64,000 bases of DNA from Lepidodermella squamata. Lineage: Eukaryota > Animalia > Gastrotricha. The stretch covers positions 496,001 to 560,000 of the forward strand of contig JBLDXI010000001.1 of assembly GCA_047495785.1 (NCBI GenBank), written 5' to 3'. A program made the translations under genes and the position numbers. Shown piece after piece: positions 49,113 to 60,998 of the stretch (position 1 is its first letter; each line of letters starts with the position of its first letter). The notes below the pieces were generated by a model. That model was not told where the DNA came from, searched no databases, and worked only from the letters and a program-made list of their open reading frames with translations.

Positions 49113-49703
49113 ATGCCATTCAAGCCAGCTGAACAAAAGAAGTGTCCGAAATGCGGCAAATCCGTTTACGCTGCTGAGGAGATTATCGCTGCCGGCGGGT
49201 CGTTCCACAAGACCTGCTTCGCGTGTTACATGTGTAAAAAATTCCTCGACTCTCACACGGTGGCCGAGCATGAAGGCGAGGTCTACTGCCGCTCGTGCCA
49301 CGGCAAGAAATTCGGCCCTAAGGGCTACGGTTTCGGCGGCGGTGCCGGCGCCTTGAACATGGACACCGGTTCGCATTTGGGCAACAAAGAGGGCGCTGCC
49401 ATGTCCAATGTCCCGAAAATGGCGACTGCAGGCTCAACGTCGAGCGGCTCGGGAGAAAAATGCCCGCGCTGTGGTTCAACCGTCTACGCTGCTGAGCGCC
49501 AAGTTGCCGCTGGTACTGGCTGGCACAAGTCCTGCTTCAGATGCAAGCAGTGTGGTAAGAGCCTGGAGCCTACGACTGTCAACGACAGCGAGGGCGAAAT
49601 CTACTGCCAAAGTGAGTCATTATAGAAAAAATGTTGCCTCTTTAATCCGGTTTTGCTTTTAGATTGCTATCACAAGCTCCTTGGCCCCAAGGGATACGAG
49701 TGA
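49113..49703 (+). CDS. CSRP-like: Cysteine- and glycine-rich protein / muscle LIM protein (two LIM domains), 2 exons
   Basis: CPKCGKSVYAAEE...FHKTCF...CHGKKFGPKGYGFGGGAGAL and a second LIM domain (CPRCGSTVYAAE) completed after an intron by NCYHKLLGPKGYE*. Confidence 0.96.
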
Positions 49704-49955
49704 ATACTACCTAATTCAAACTGCTGACTTCAGACCGATGCCATGCATGACAAACTTGTACTCTGAATGGTGCTTAATACAGTTTTAAGAATAATTCTTT
49801 TAAAAATCGATGAAACTGCCGTGAAATCGAATCTCTCCGCTTTGAATTCGCAGCTTTCGTCATTTTCAGGCCACATAAGTATAAAACTGCTGCGATCTTG
49901 GAATAAATTAGATCTAAGGTCAATATTATCCAAGTTTTAAATCCAACATTGGGCT

Positions 49956-51982
49956 TTAGAGGCCTTGATCATCGCTATCACTGTGGTCATGCTCTTCGGT
50001 CTGGAGCAAGACGCAATATATCAGCCAGTATACGAAAACAAACAAGAGAAAACTGCCGGGGAAAAGACGGCGGCTGATGGCTTCGACTACCTCGCATCTC
50101 TGCATTCCATTAAGCTCGCCAAACTTTTGATTCTCGCCGATGCGTGGTACGAAAAATCGGTAAAATGCATAGGCTCGCTTTCTCGACTATAAAAACAAGG
50201 AAATTAGGATGATTTTGTGCCATATAGCAAATTTAATTACCCGAAACAGTTTGGCATGCTCAACCATCGTATCCAGACGAGTTTCAACAGCCGAAGTCGA
50301 CATTTGTGTGAATCTTCTCTTCCGGAAACCGCCGTATGGATCAGGGCCCTTGTAATAAAGGACGAGTTCAAGTCCTCTTCAATGGTAATTTGTGATTAGA
50401 CTTACTTCTTTCAAGTCGAAAAAAGTGATGTTTTCCTGATCTTCGCCTGCTGTTATTTCGCTACCCAGCCGTATCGCAGCTAAGCCCGTTGACGTAGTCG
50501 ATTGGATTACATGAGTAAATAGCGTGCGGCATGACTTTTGTCGAATCAACACGTTGACGATAGCGTATTCTATGAGCGATAGAAAGACGAAAAGGGTGCA
50601 TGCAAGTACCCACACGTCTACGGCTTTGATGTAGGAAACACGAGGGATAACATCTCGAAGGCCAAACGAAGCCTGCGCCATTAGCAGGGTCGTGAAAACG
50701 GCGATTGTCACTCGGCCAGGTACGGCAAGTGGGTCGATCCAGAACGCTGTGAATGCCGTGAGAACGGTTAGAGTTGACGGCAGGTAGATCTGAAGCAAGT
50801 AGAACCCGATGTCGCGGACGATGTGAAAAGTAACTATCAGCATTGAGAAGTTGCCGAGGGGAGACATTCGCTCGGCCATGTCGAACTTGACAATGTTAAG
50901 GGTGAACTGGGGGATGACAAGGTCGCGCATTTCCAAAGGCCGATCTGACCATCGCAAGTTGATTACAGTTGCCGGATACGCATCTTAAATAATAAAAACT
51001 GAAAATTATTTTCGAGATTCCGGGTTCAATTGAATTACAGCTCTCAAGAACGAATCGGCATTGCTGATTGTCGAACTATAGATTAACAAGAATAAATTCT
51101 GTCCTATTTTTAGTATGTTTAGGAATGCAATTACTGGAAAGATATGAAGTTCCATTTGGCAGGTCAAAGTTAAGTAGAGACGGCTGCTGTATAGGATATC
51201 TCCGTTACTGGTAAGGTGAATCAGCCGATTCGGCGTGGGGACTTGGTGGAATACGGCACTCTTCTCGTTCGATATTTTCAAGTCAGGAACCCACAGTTTG
51301 TCGTAGATACTTGCCTCCAAGGTCAGCAAATGGTCGCCGTCAACATCGCTCGCGTTGTAGGCCAACCGCGGATCACGCCACATCAGGCGTAGGAAAATTC
51401 CCAACTCATAATCCTTAGAAATTTCGAAGAATATTATTCCATTACTTCAATGAAAGGATTCTCCTTACAAATGAAACTTCGCTTATCGAATCGAGGCTGG
51501 AAATAAAGAATACATATTTTTTGTTTTTCATTATTTCGAAAAACTCACCTGTTGACGAAAAGAGACGCTTCAACTAGTACGCCGCCTTTATTTGATGGCA
51601 ATAATCTTTTGTCGTAGCCTGAGAACATCTTGTCGAAGAACTTCGCCCTAAAATTCGAAAATAATTCAACTTTGGCGAAAAGATTTGCTATAACTTACAT
51701 TCGAACTTGTCGATTTGTTTCACCGGCTCCAATCAGCGGCTTTTGTTTCTGTTTTTGTTCATCTTTCTTGTTTTTGTTTTTATTGAGCATTTTTCGGTAT
51801 TTAGCTAGCTCAATCTTCGATAGGGTTAACAGCGGGGCACTGTTGCTTGTTTTATTTAAAGTAACGTTGTTCACCGCTTCCTGTTGGTCTTCATCGAGAA
51901 AACTCTGCGGCTGGCACTCACAAAAACTTATCAGAAAAATCAAGACGTACACCGATAGCATAGTTTGTAGTAAATCTGCCAT
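49956..51982 (-). CDS. Cys-loop ligand-gated anion channel subunit (GABA/glycine/GluCl-type), multi-exon
   Basis: Signal peptide; WRDPRL; LWVPDL; Cys loop CQMELHIFPFDNQQC; M1 FYLLQIYLPS; M2 VPGRV; VSYIKAVDVW; M3 FVFLSLIEYA; M4 SRRLFPGSFLLVFVYW. Confidence 0.95.
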
Positions 51983-53017
51983 CTACAAAAAAAATATGTG
52001 GAACTGGGTCGGAAATCTCCGTAAATACAAAAGAAACTTCAAGCGCAAATGGATAAAACTAAAAATAAACGGGTAAGTTATATTGATTTCGTTGGCTAAT
52101 ATTTAAATTCCGCGACTTTAATGCGCGGATCCATATGGGTCCGTAAATGTCCGGCTTCAAGTAAATTCAAACACCATTGCATAGTAAAATGTGAATTGTA
52201 AACAGCAATTTTTCCTTAATATTGTGCATGCCAGTGTAACTCGAGCGCACTTGATCGCGCCTATCAATTTGCATTCATCAACACTTCATCATATCGATGA
52301 GACATATCGGTGACTCTCCAGTTATACTTAATTCGCGCTGGCATATTCAATAGCTTGACTTTCATTTGTGTCAGTGCGGGCGGCTTTCTCATCCTATACG
52401 GTTTTCTTTCTCCTCCGGGAGATAGCAATTCGTCATATGGAAAAAAACACAAAGTTGACCGTTCTCATTATATAAGCTTGAGAAAATGCTGCCTTTGATC
52501 TTTGATCAAAGAACTGTGTAGAAATTTTAACTGGAATTCACGTCAGCTTGCGGGTTGCACTTCTAACTTCTCGTTAGTGTTGATAAATCGGCGCAATTTT
52601 TCCCAAAAATTATCAGGAGTACTTTAACGCGAAGAGTAACTTTGGACAAACAAGCTGTTGCTTAAAAAACTCCAAATTTAAACCAAAGGTTGGCAAGGTG
52701 AATCCTGATTATCCTGCAAATTCTGAGAATTTTTATATTTGTACCTGAATTGCGGCAAATATAGGGCAAAGCTGGTAAAAGATGGAGAATATGATGCAAC
52801 AACCCCCCTATATGCGTTTCAAAGCTTTTTACTTGCAAGCCAAAAGTGTCCAAGGTTACCATATCAACATTTTAAACCGTGTATAAGGTATACAAATGTC
52901 ATAAATTTATGGTTCATACTCAACCTTGCATTCTTTCTTTAAGGCTGGAAATTTAAAATAATAGATGAAACTACAACCAACGTCTCATGCTGAGATATCC
53001 TGACCCGGGAGCTGACA

Positions 53018-53043
53018 CCTGATGCCTGATGCCTGATGCCTGA
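53018..53043 (+). repeat. (CCTGATG)n 7-mer tandem repeat just upstream of SPH1
   Basis: cctgatgcctgatgcctgatgcctga read directly. Confidence 0.85.
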
Positions 53044-53124
53044 CCGTTTAGAGAACGCGTGCTCTTGTTCGCCTTTTAAAGCTAAATTACAATTCATTTT
53101 TCTTCATTTTTATTTGGCTCAACA

Positions 53125-54579
53125 ATGAAATCTCTAACTGTGTATACCATTTTACTTCTCTCGCTGGCAGCTTTCGTCTGCGCCGATGCTGACTACCCGG
53201 ATAATACTGAATCGGAAAAGTCGGTCAAGCTGATAAACTTCGATGCTAAGAAGAGCCCTAATTACGTCGAGAGCAGCGACGGCGGCAAAGCCTATAAAGC
53301 AATCAACAAATTCAACAAAATCGGCTCATGCGGCAAGCGTGGAACTTTGACGAAAGGCAGGGCAGCTCTGGAGGCCCAGGCCGAGGCTGAGAAGTGGGGC
53401 GACGCCGAAGTTGAGGTGGCTGATCGCGCGCGATCTGCTAATACTCGCACGAAGCCGAACAAGAAAAACCCCGAAGATACCAAGCTGTACTTTGATGATG
53501 AACTCGGCACCGAACATACCTTCAACTCAGACAGCCCATTGGTGCTGTATTTCGATGACAAGGACGGCCGCGAAGGTGTCGCCATTCGCAAGAAGGGAAA
53601 GACTTCAAACCACGAGGAAGACCGCAATGAGTTCGAAGAAGACAACGTTAGCGATCGCAGCCGATCGAGTGTCGCGAATCAGCCCATCTCAAATCTGATT
53701 CGTTCAGTCGCCGGCCGCGCTTCAGGTGAGCTTAAACCTGAAAATTCTGTAATTCCCAATTTCTCATTTTGTATTCACAGCTCCTGTCGAGTTTCCGTGG
53801 CAAGTTTCCATCCGCTACAACGGCAATCACATTTGCGGCGGCGCCATCATCAACAGCGAGTATGTCCTTGCTAGCGCTCAGTGCTTCCACGTTGAGAAGT
53901 TGGAGAATATCACAATTTACGCCGGCGTGACGGGGCTCACCAGTGGCAAGGAAGTCGGCCCTATCAATATCGATACGGTGCTCGTTCACAGCGATTACGG
54001 TAATACTCATGACTGTTAATTCTTTTCAGTTGAACTAAGTTAAATCTTCAGACCCATTCAACTACGACATCAGCCTGGTGAAGCTGGCTGGGAAGTTTAC
54101 TTTTTCTGACCGCGTCAATTCTATTTGTCTGCCGACCACCAAGAATATCGACGCTGATGCTCGTTGTTTCGTTTCCGGCTTCGGAAATGGCGATGATGGC
54201 GATAATGGGCTGAAGGCGGCTCGAGTCAAGGTCATTGCTGACAACAAGCTGTGCCCTGGTTACGAGTCCGAGCTGACTAGCAACATGATCTGCGCCGGCG
54301 CGATGGAACTGGTCGCCAACGCTGATAAAAGCACTTGCAAGGGTGAGAGATTACTATTATTTTTTCGCCCAATTCGAATTTTAAATCGGCTCTTTTTCAG
54401 GTGACGTCAGCGCTCCGCTGGTTTGCGAAACTGCGGCCAACTCAGGCATCTACCAACTGCAGGGCCTGAGCTCGTTCGGAACTCACGATTGCGGTGGCGG
54501 CAACAAGCGCCAAGCGGCGGTCTACACTCGCATCAATGCTCTGCTTCCTTGGATCAACGCAGCTTTGGCGCAAAACTAA
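53125..54579 (+). CDS. Secreted trypsin-fold serine protease homolog SPH1 (non-catalytic), 4 exons
   Basis: Signal peptide and charged pro-region, then FPWQVSI..HICGGAII..VLASAQC (His to Gln), YDISLVKL (Asp kept), ICLP, MICAG, CKGDVSAPLVC (Ser to Val) and VYTRI..WI. Confidence 0.92.
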
Positions 54580-55422
54580 GACTTCTGATTGAAACTAAAC
54601 GCTATCAGTTTTATCACATTTTCTAAATAATTGAACAGCCATGATGATTCTATTGCATGTTTTCGAAAAGATTTCACGCGACATGCGTACAGAATAAACG
54701 TGTTACATTGAAGAGTCATCTTGGAGTAATGCTGCGTTTCGATAAGTTATATCCAGTTCATATACCTTCAGATTGATTCACGTTCGGAATTTTACATCGA
54801 TTCGGAAAAGGACCAAATCCATGATTTCAAATCGATGAAAATGATATTGCTCGCATCATTAAATTAAGGGAAAGAAACATAATTTAAAACCTGAAATCCA
54901 CGCAAAATCATAGCGACGGTTGTCGAAGGGGTCTTTGTCGGCACCTGTGGGGCTCCTTGACTTGAACAGCATGCATGCATATTATTCCCGGCCGATGATA
55001 GCCAAGTTTGAAAGTAAGTTTGTAAGTTTGAAATTTAAATGTGGCTTCAACAATCAAGTAAAAATTACTATCAAAACGATGGTATTTGCAAACTGGCCAG
55101 ACATCATTTTTCAAACGATTATTTTTCGAAATGTATTTTGCACCATCCTTTTCAGCGTTTCCTAAAACCGTAACGCTCCCCTCATTGCAATCATGAAATT
55201 ATGAATACTCGTGCCATAACCAGTTGAAAATACCTATAATCGCTGCTGATGGCACTTTAAATTCAAAGTTAAATGTTTACTTGCCGTTGTTGCAACAGGT
55301 GATGATGTATGACGCCTGTGAAGTAATTTGGCGGCAAGCAGCGTAACCAGTGTATCCATATGATCTACAATTGTTTTTGGTTCATTCTAATTTCAGAGGA
55401 ATTTTTTATAGTACGTTCGAAA

Positions 55423-56940
55423 ATGAGGTGGCTGTTGCTGTTGGCTCTAACTGCGTCTTTGAGTAAGTAAATTTCAATAAAAAATACCAATAATCTAACA
55501 ACAAATTTATTAGGGACTGCGAAATCGGAAGATAGCGAAGATATTATCATCGCTGATGGAAATGACGTATTCACTGATGAAAGGACGCAAGGTAACGCTC
55601 GAATGGGCTATTCTAACCAACGAGCCTTGTATTATGCTGACTTCTAGAGGATCGGTTAATTGATTCGGAGACTTTTTCTCTGGGTGAAGGTGAAGTTGAA
55701 GAGGAGGACGAACAGCGCGGAGATTTTGAAACCCAAGACTCCAATATCTGTGGCCGCCGTGAATCAGAATCAACCATCGAGACGGACGGCGAAGACGAGG
55801 GCGAAGACGGCAGATCCAATCAAAGAGTTGGAGCTAACAATGGAGAAGAAGATGATGGCAGTGACACGCGTGATTTAATTGACGGCAAGAAGACGAGAAA
55901 AGCCCAGGGCAAGCTGGTGAGTCACAATGGCGGCGATGATACTGACCAAAAACCAGTGAACATCCCCATTGGCCAAAGCTCGACAACTTCGATCGATAAA
56001 TGGCCTTGGCACGCAGCCTTGTTCTTGAGAAATAGCGGTAAGCACGTCTGTAACGGATTGCTAATAAGTAACCGGTGAGCTTTTTACCTGAAGAGTGATC
56101 AGTTGAAATTAACCAAGTTTCCTTCACCAGGTGGGTTCTTACGGCGGCTAGCTGCTTTAAGAAGATCAAGTAATAAAACACATTTTTTATCTGAATTTTT
56201 AACTTTTGTTTGATTAGAAAAGCGAAATCTATCGAAGTCTACTTGGGAAAAACCCATCGCAATCGCAAAGAACGAGGTGAAGAAAAGCGATTCGTCAGCA
56301 ATATCCTGGTTTTCGGCAAATCAGGTGAGTGAGCGAAAAGAAATTTGGAAATTTTGCTCAAAGTGGCTGATTTCCTGTTTTCTTAGTTGGGGCAGGTCAT
56401 AGCGTTGCGTTGGTCAAGCTTTCGAAAGCGGTCAAATTTTCGAGTAGAATTCGCCCAGTTTGCTTACCAGAACTTGAACAAGGAATTCCGCTTGGAGCTT
56501 CTTGCTACTCGACGGACTACGGCAGCAAAGGAACGCTGCGCTTCGCCAAGTTGCCGCTGTTCAGCCAACGCCAATGCCACGCCCTGTCTAGCTACATGAA
56601 AACGAGCTTTACGGAAAAAATGGTGACATTTAAAGCTATTATAGCGACATTTTCGCATTTCTCCTTTCAATTTTTCAGTACTGCGCCGATTTTCTAAGCG
56701 CGTCTACCAACAAAATCTGCCCAGGTACGTGCCTTCCACGTGAGAATGAATTATTTCAATTTTTATGAATAAGGTGTTCCTGGTTCCCCCTTTGTTTGTG
56801 AATTCGACAACGATGATTCAGTAGTTTTCACTGCTTTCGGCCTGTTCGCGTCAAGTTGGAATTGCTACTCGCCAGGAATCTACGCCTATTTGCCGCCACT
56901 CAGGCAATGGATCGACCGCCATGTTTTCAAGAAACTGTAG
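55423..56940 (+). CDS. Secreted trypsin-fold serine protease homolog SPH2 (non-catalytic), about 8 exons
   Basis: Signal peptide and acidic pro-region, then WPWHAAL..HVCNGLLI..WVLTAASC (His to Ser), HSVALVKL (Asp to Ser), VCLP, CPGVPGSPFVC (Ser to Pro) and PGIY...WI. Confidence 0.88.
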
Positions 56941-57609
56941 GAAAACATACACAGCGCTTTCGCTCATGACTGTTAATTTTGTTGTCAAATTGAAATAAAA
57001 CCAAGATTGAACATGATTCCGAAACGCTTTTTTGCTTGAAGCTCCGTTTTTCTATGCGAATTAAGTATCAAGTATGATTGTTGCGGATTGCAACATGAAT
57101 GAAGCCGTGTCAATTTTCAGATTTTTAGTAGACTTATCATAGGACCCACTCTCATCAAAATGATCTCCCACCGCCACAATCGCGGGTTATTGAGTTTTTA
57201 TTGAAGGAAGAAAATGCAGCCCCCTTTCGAACCACGTGAACCTCGTAACCTCTTGATTCCTTGAATTGATAAAATGGCTAGTAAAAAACTTGAAGCGAAA
57301 TTTCTTGGACACTCTTTATTCGACAAAATGTCGCCAAGCTATAGAAAAATGAAAATAAAAAATGGGTATTAACCGCGTGTCTTCGAAATATATCTTTTTT
57401 CTCTTCGACATCTACCTTAATTTAATTGAAACATCCAAATTAAAAGAAACTATATTAACTCGCCGCATTTATTTAACGATGGAAATTAGCAATCAATTTA
57501 ACGCTTCAACAAAAGGATCTGGTTAAAAAGAACAATGTTCAGCGCAGCATCTAGCTGCAACTCCTGGACCAAATAGAGCCGCTATCATGAGGAAATACGT
57601 TCTCAAGTA

Positions 57610-59431
57610 TCAATCATCAGCGACATCCTTTCTCAGTGTGTTCCAATAGCTGATAACCTTCTTGATCCAGCGCGTGAACTTGCTCACACGAATGTAAACA
57701 CCTGGCGTTTTGGTGTGCTGGCAATCGACGCCTACGTCGGAAAGAGTTCATTAACTTGAAACCTTGAGGATATTTTCACATACCGAACCACAGCAGACCT
57801 TGAAGTACATATCTATTACTGCCTACTTGGTGCTCAGCGACAAGTAAGCTGCCATCATCTCCCTGACACAAGTGGTCCGTACCACTAGTCAGCGCGCCGG
57901 CGCAGATCACATTCGATGAGAGAAACTTCGCGAGGTCTGGATGCTCCGATTTGCAAGTGCCGATATTAGGTATGACAGGAACCATCGATTCTTTGAGTGC
58001 CAAAGGTTCACTTGTATCTGAATAAAAATAGCAAAGTCGATATAACTAGCGCCTATGATCATACAAACCTTTGGTGAATTCATAAGCCGTAGCTTTGGAA
58101 CGAGTCTTGATCGGCAACTTCGCGTCTTGCTGTGGCAGGCAAATGGTAGAGATGTGGCTTGAAAACTTGACGGGTTTATCGAGCCGAATTAAGGCAATAT
58201 TATCTGAATCGAATGGCTGCTTATCTGAAAGACATTTTGCTAACAATTATTGGTGCAAAAAATTCAAAGTTCAACCATTATGTGGATGGCGGCGCATTTT
58301 AAGGATCTTTTGTACGACCGGGCGGCTCTCAGAATTTTCAGCCCAGCCCAACTTAACTCGAAAGATTTGGAACCGGCTAAACTAGACATAGAAGAAAAAG
58401 CTTCGAGAAAAAGGAAAAATCGAGCAAACCTTGACATTTTAAAGCAATTCGCCGTCGTGATAACATGTCTAGAAAATCATAGGTCAAACTCAGCGTTCGA
58501 AAATTTTTGAAAAACCTTTCGTCTAGCAAAGCCCCACTGCAAATATGCTGGTTGTACATTTGAATGCTAACGTGCCATGGCCACCTATTGTAGTAAATAA
58601 ATTAGGGTTGAACAAGAAAACCGCCAACAAAATCTGACTTTTCAATGCTGGTTGGGAAGCCCTCGGTGATTTTTGTCACGGAATCGAACCATGTTTTAGG
58701 TGTCGTATCCGCATTGAAATTTTTGTTCCAACGCACGCCACATTTTTCCTTAGGGCGAATATGCGTCTCTTCGGGCTCTTCAGTAGTAGTCGTTTTCCTA
58801 GGACGACGAGTTGATTTAGTTCTAGGCGGTGTTGTAGTCGTTTCTGAATCATCTCCAGGTTCTTCAGGATCCTCGCCGGTTCCAACAGGCTCCGGACCAA
58901 GATGGCTGATTTCCTCCGGATTGGCGCCATTCCACGGGTCCGGTCGCAAGCCGGTACCGCCAGGATTTATCCCAGGGTTAGGTCCAACAACCTGGCCGCC
59001 TTGACCACCGTCATTCGGATAGATAATTGGAGCTGTTATGACGAACTCATCCGGGCCGAGAGGGACAACACCGGAAGGATAAGGAAAATAAAACCGTGTC
59101 GACGAGTTGTCGTCTTCTTCGTCGTTATTGATGTCGCCTTCGTATTCTACCTCCTCGCCGAGATCTTCCGCCTCGCCAGGGGTCCCTTGCTCGCCTCTAA
59201 CTGTGTCTTCTTCATTCATGTCGACCAAGCCTTCGTCCTGATCCACGTCGTTTTGCTCTTCGTTGTCGTTATCATCGACAGTAGATTCAGTTGTGGTTAT
59301 CGAGGCATAACCTGTGTCGCGAATTCAATCAATGCAGGTAAAATGATGGTAAATGATGGCCAAAACTTACTGAAATTTGCGGCCAGATTCACCAGTAAAC
59401 AGCAAACAACTAGAAGATGTTTTATTTTCAT
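57610..59431 (-). CDS. Secreted trypsin-fold serine protease homolog SPH3 (non-catalytic), about 8 exons
   Basis: Signal peptide and a long D/E-, G/P- and T-rich pro-region, then WPWHVSI..HICSGALL..VITTANC (His to Asn), DNIALIRL (Asp to Asn), ICLP, ICAG, CQGDDGSLLV (Ser to Asp) and PGVYIRVSKFTRWI. Confidence 0.9.
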
Positions 59432-60229
59432 TGCTATTTGATTGAGAATGCGGAAATTATGTATGAATACGTTCAAGTAATTTAGCATTCATCCACGTGT
59501 CCAGTAATGACCACATGGTGTAAGAAAATTGCTAAGGCTCACCTGGTGCAAGTTTCATTTTTGACTGCTCGAAGGCGTAATCAGCGATCAGCGTGACAGA
59601 CTCATCTTCGCAGGTTAAGGTTTAGATTGTTTAGGTTACTCAGATTAGGTTCGATATTTCAGGAACCATTTCAGCGGTGTCAAGGGTGTATGACATGGTT
59701 GATGTGGATTGGTAAACTAGAGTAGGAAAGAAATAGCTCCTGGCAGATAAAGGTAATCAAATGTCACCTATGAAAAAAATTGAAATAGAGATGAGTGGGT
59801 CAAACGCCCTCTCGTGAAGCCTCGTCTGGAGATTACATCGCCAGAAATCCTTGAAAACTGCCGACACGTAAAACGCCACAAAGTTAAAACTGTTGGACAA
59901 TCGGTTGTTTTTGGAAAAAAACTCGGTTCGACCGCTTCGGAATGCATTATTATAGAACCTTCTCCTGAGTGATTACCCAAACAGTTTGGGTGTTTTCGTT
60001 GCTCTCAACCTTGTCATCTAATTTGATAAGTTTCGCGTGAAAATTAGGCCATGGAGTGGCAGTAGTTGAAGTGAAAACACTGTGTATAACTTCTGATATT
60101 TTATTTTGGTTCAGAAATATTTTTCCGATATCGGTGCGCCTAATAGGGCGGTCTTTCATCACAAAAAGAGAGCTTTAATTGCGGAGGCAGATTAATAACA
60201 AAAAAGGCGAATGGTCAGCAGTGATGAGC

Positions 60230-60852
60230 CTACGCCGCCATTTCCATCTCCTCCTCCGGTACTGTCTCCATTTCACGCACGTGTTCGAGCGGCTTCTCGA
60301 TGACGAGGGCCGGGCGCTTGCGACGCACACCCTCTGGCGCCTCCACCAGGCGAATGTTCTTTTCGATTTCGCGCAGGTCCTCGCGAGCCCTTAGCTCAAC
60401 GCCACGCTTCAGGCGCTGGATGATATGATGGCTCTGGCGTTTCTGTTTGATCTCTTCGATGCGCTTCATTGCCTCAACTAAAATCACACACAAAATTAAG
60501 ATTTAATGAGTTATTTTTACAGTGAAAATTACCAGTCTTAGAGAAGAGCTCGCGGCTATATTTAACAGGAACATTTCTCCGCTTTTCAAACTCAAAAGCT
60601 GGGTCGACAGTAAGTTCCTTTCCGCGTGCCTTACGGAACGCCTTCGTCCACCTCGCTTTCCTAGGATTGCGAGCCTTTTTGAAGGCTTTATGGCATTTCG
60701 ACCGACAGAACCGAAATTCCTAGAAAGAAAATCTCATAAATTTAATTTAAAGAGGATTTTTCATTTGTTACCTTGCAGTCGTTTCTAACGAAAACAACGC
60801 CGCGGCCGGGGTATATAGTCGAGGAGCAGAAGTAACACTTTTCTAAGCGCAT
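60230..60852 (-). CDS. RSL24D1: Ribosome biogenesis protein RLP24, 3 exons
   Basis: [27 protein letters not shown]|[49 protein letters not shown]...[14 protein letters not shown]. Confidence 0.96.
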
Positions 60853-60998
60853 CTAAGAACAAAATAAAAGAGGAATTTCAATATCGCCAACAAGAAAGAC
60901 ACTTGTTTATTTTAGCTTCTCGGAAAATGTATAAAAGAAAAAGATATCATCATTTGTTGTTTGTCTCTATAGCGACCAGCGTTTAGAAAGGTAGTTGA

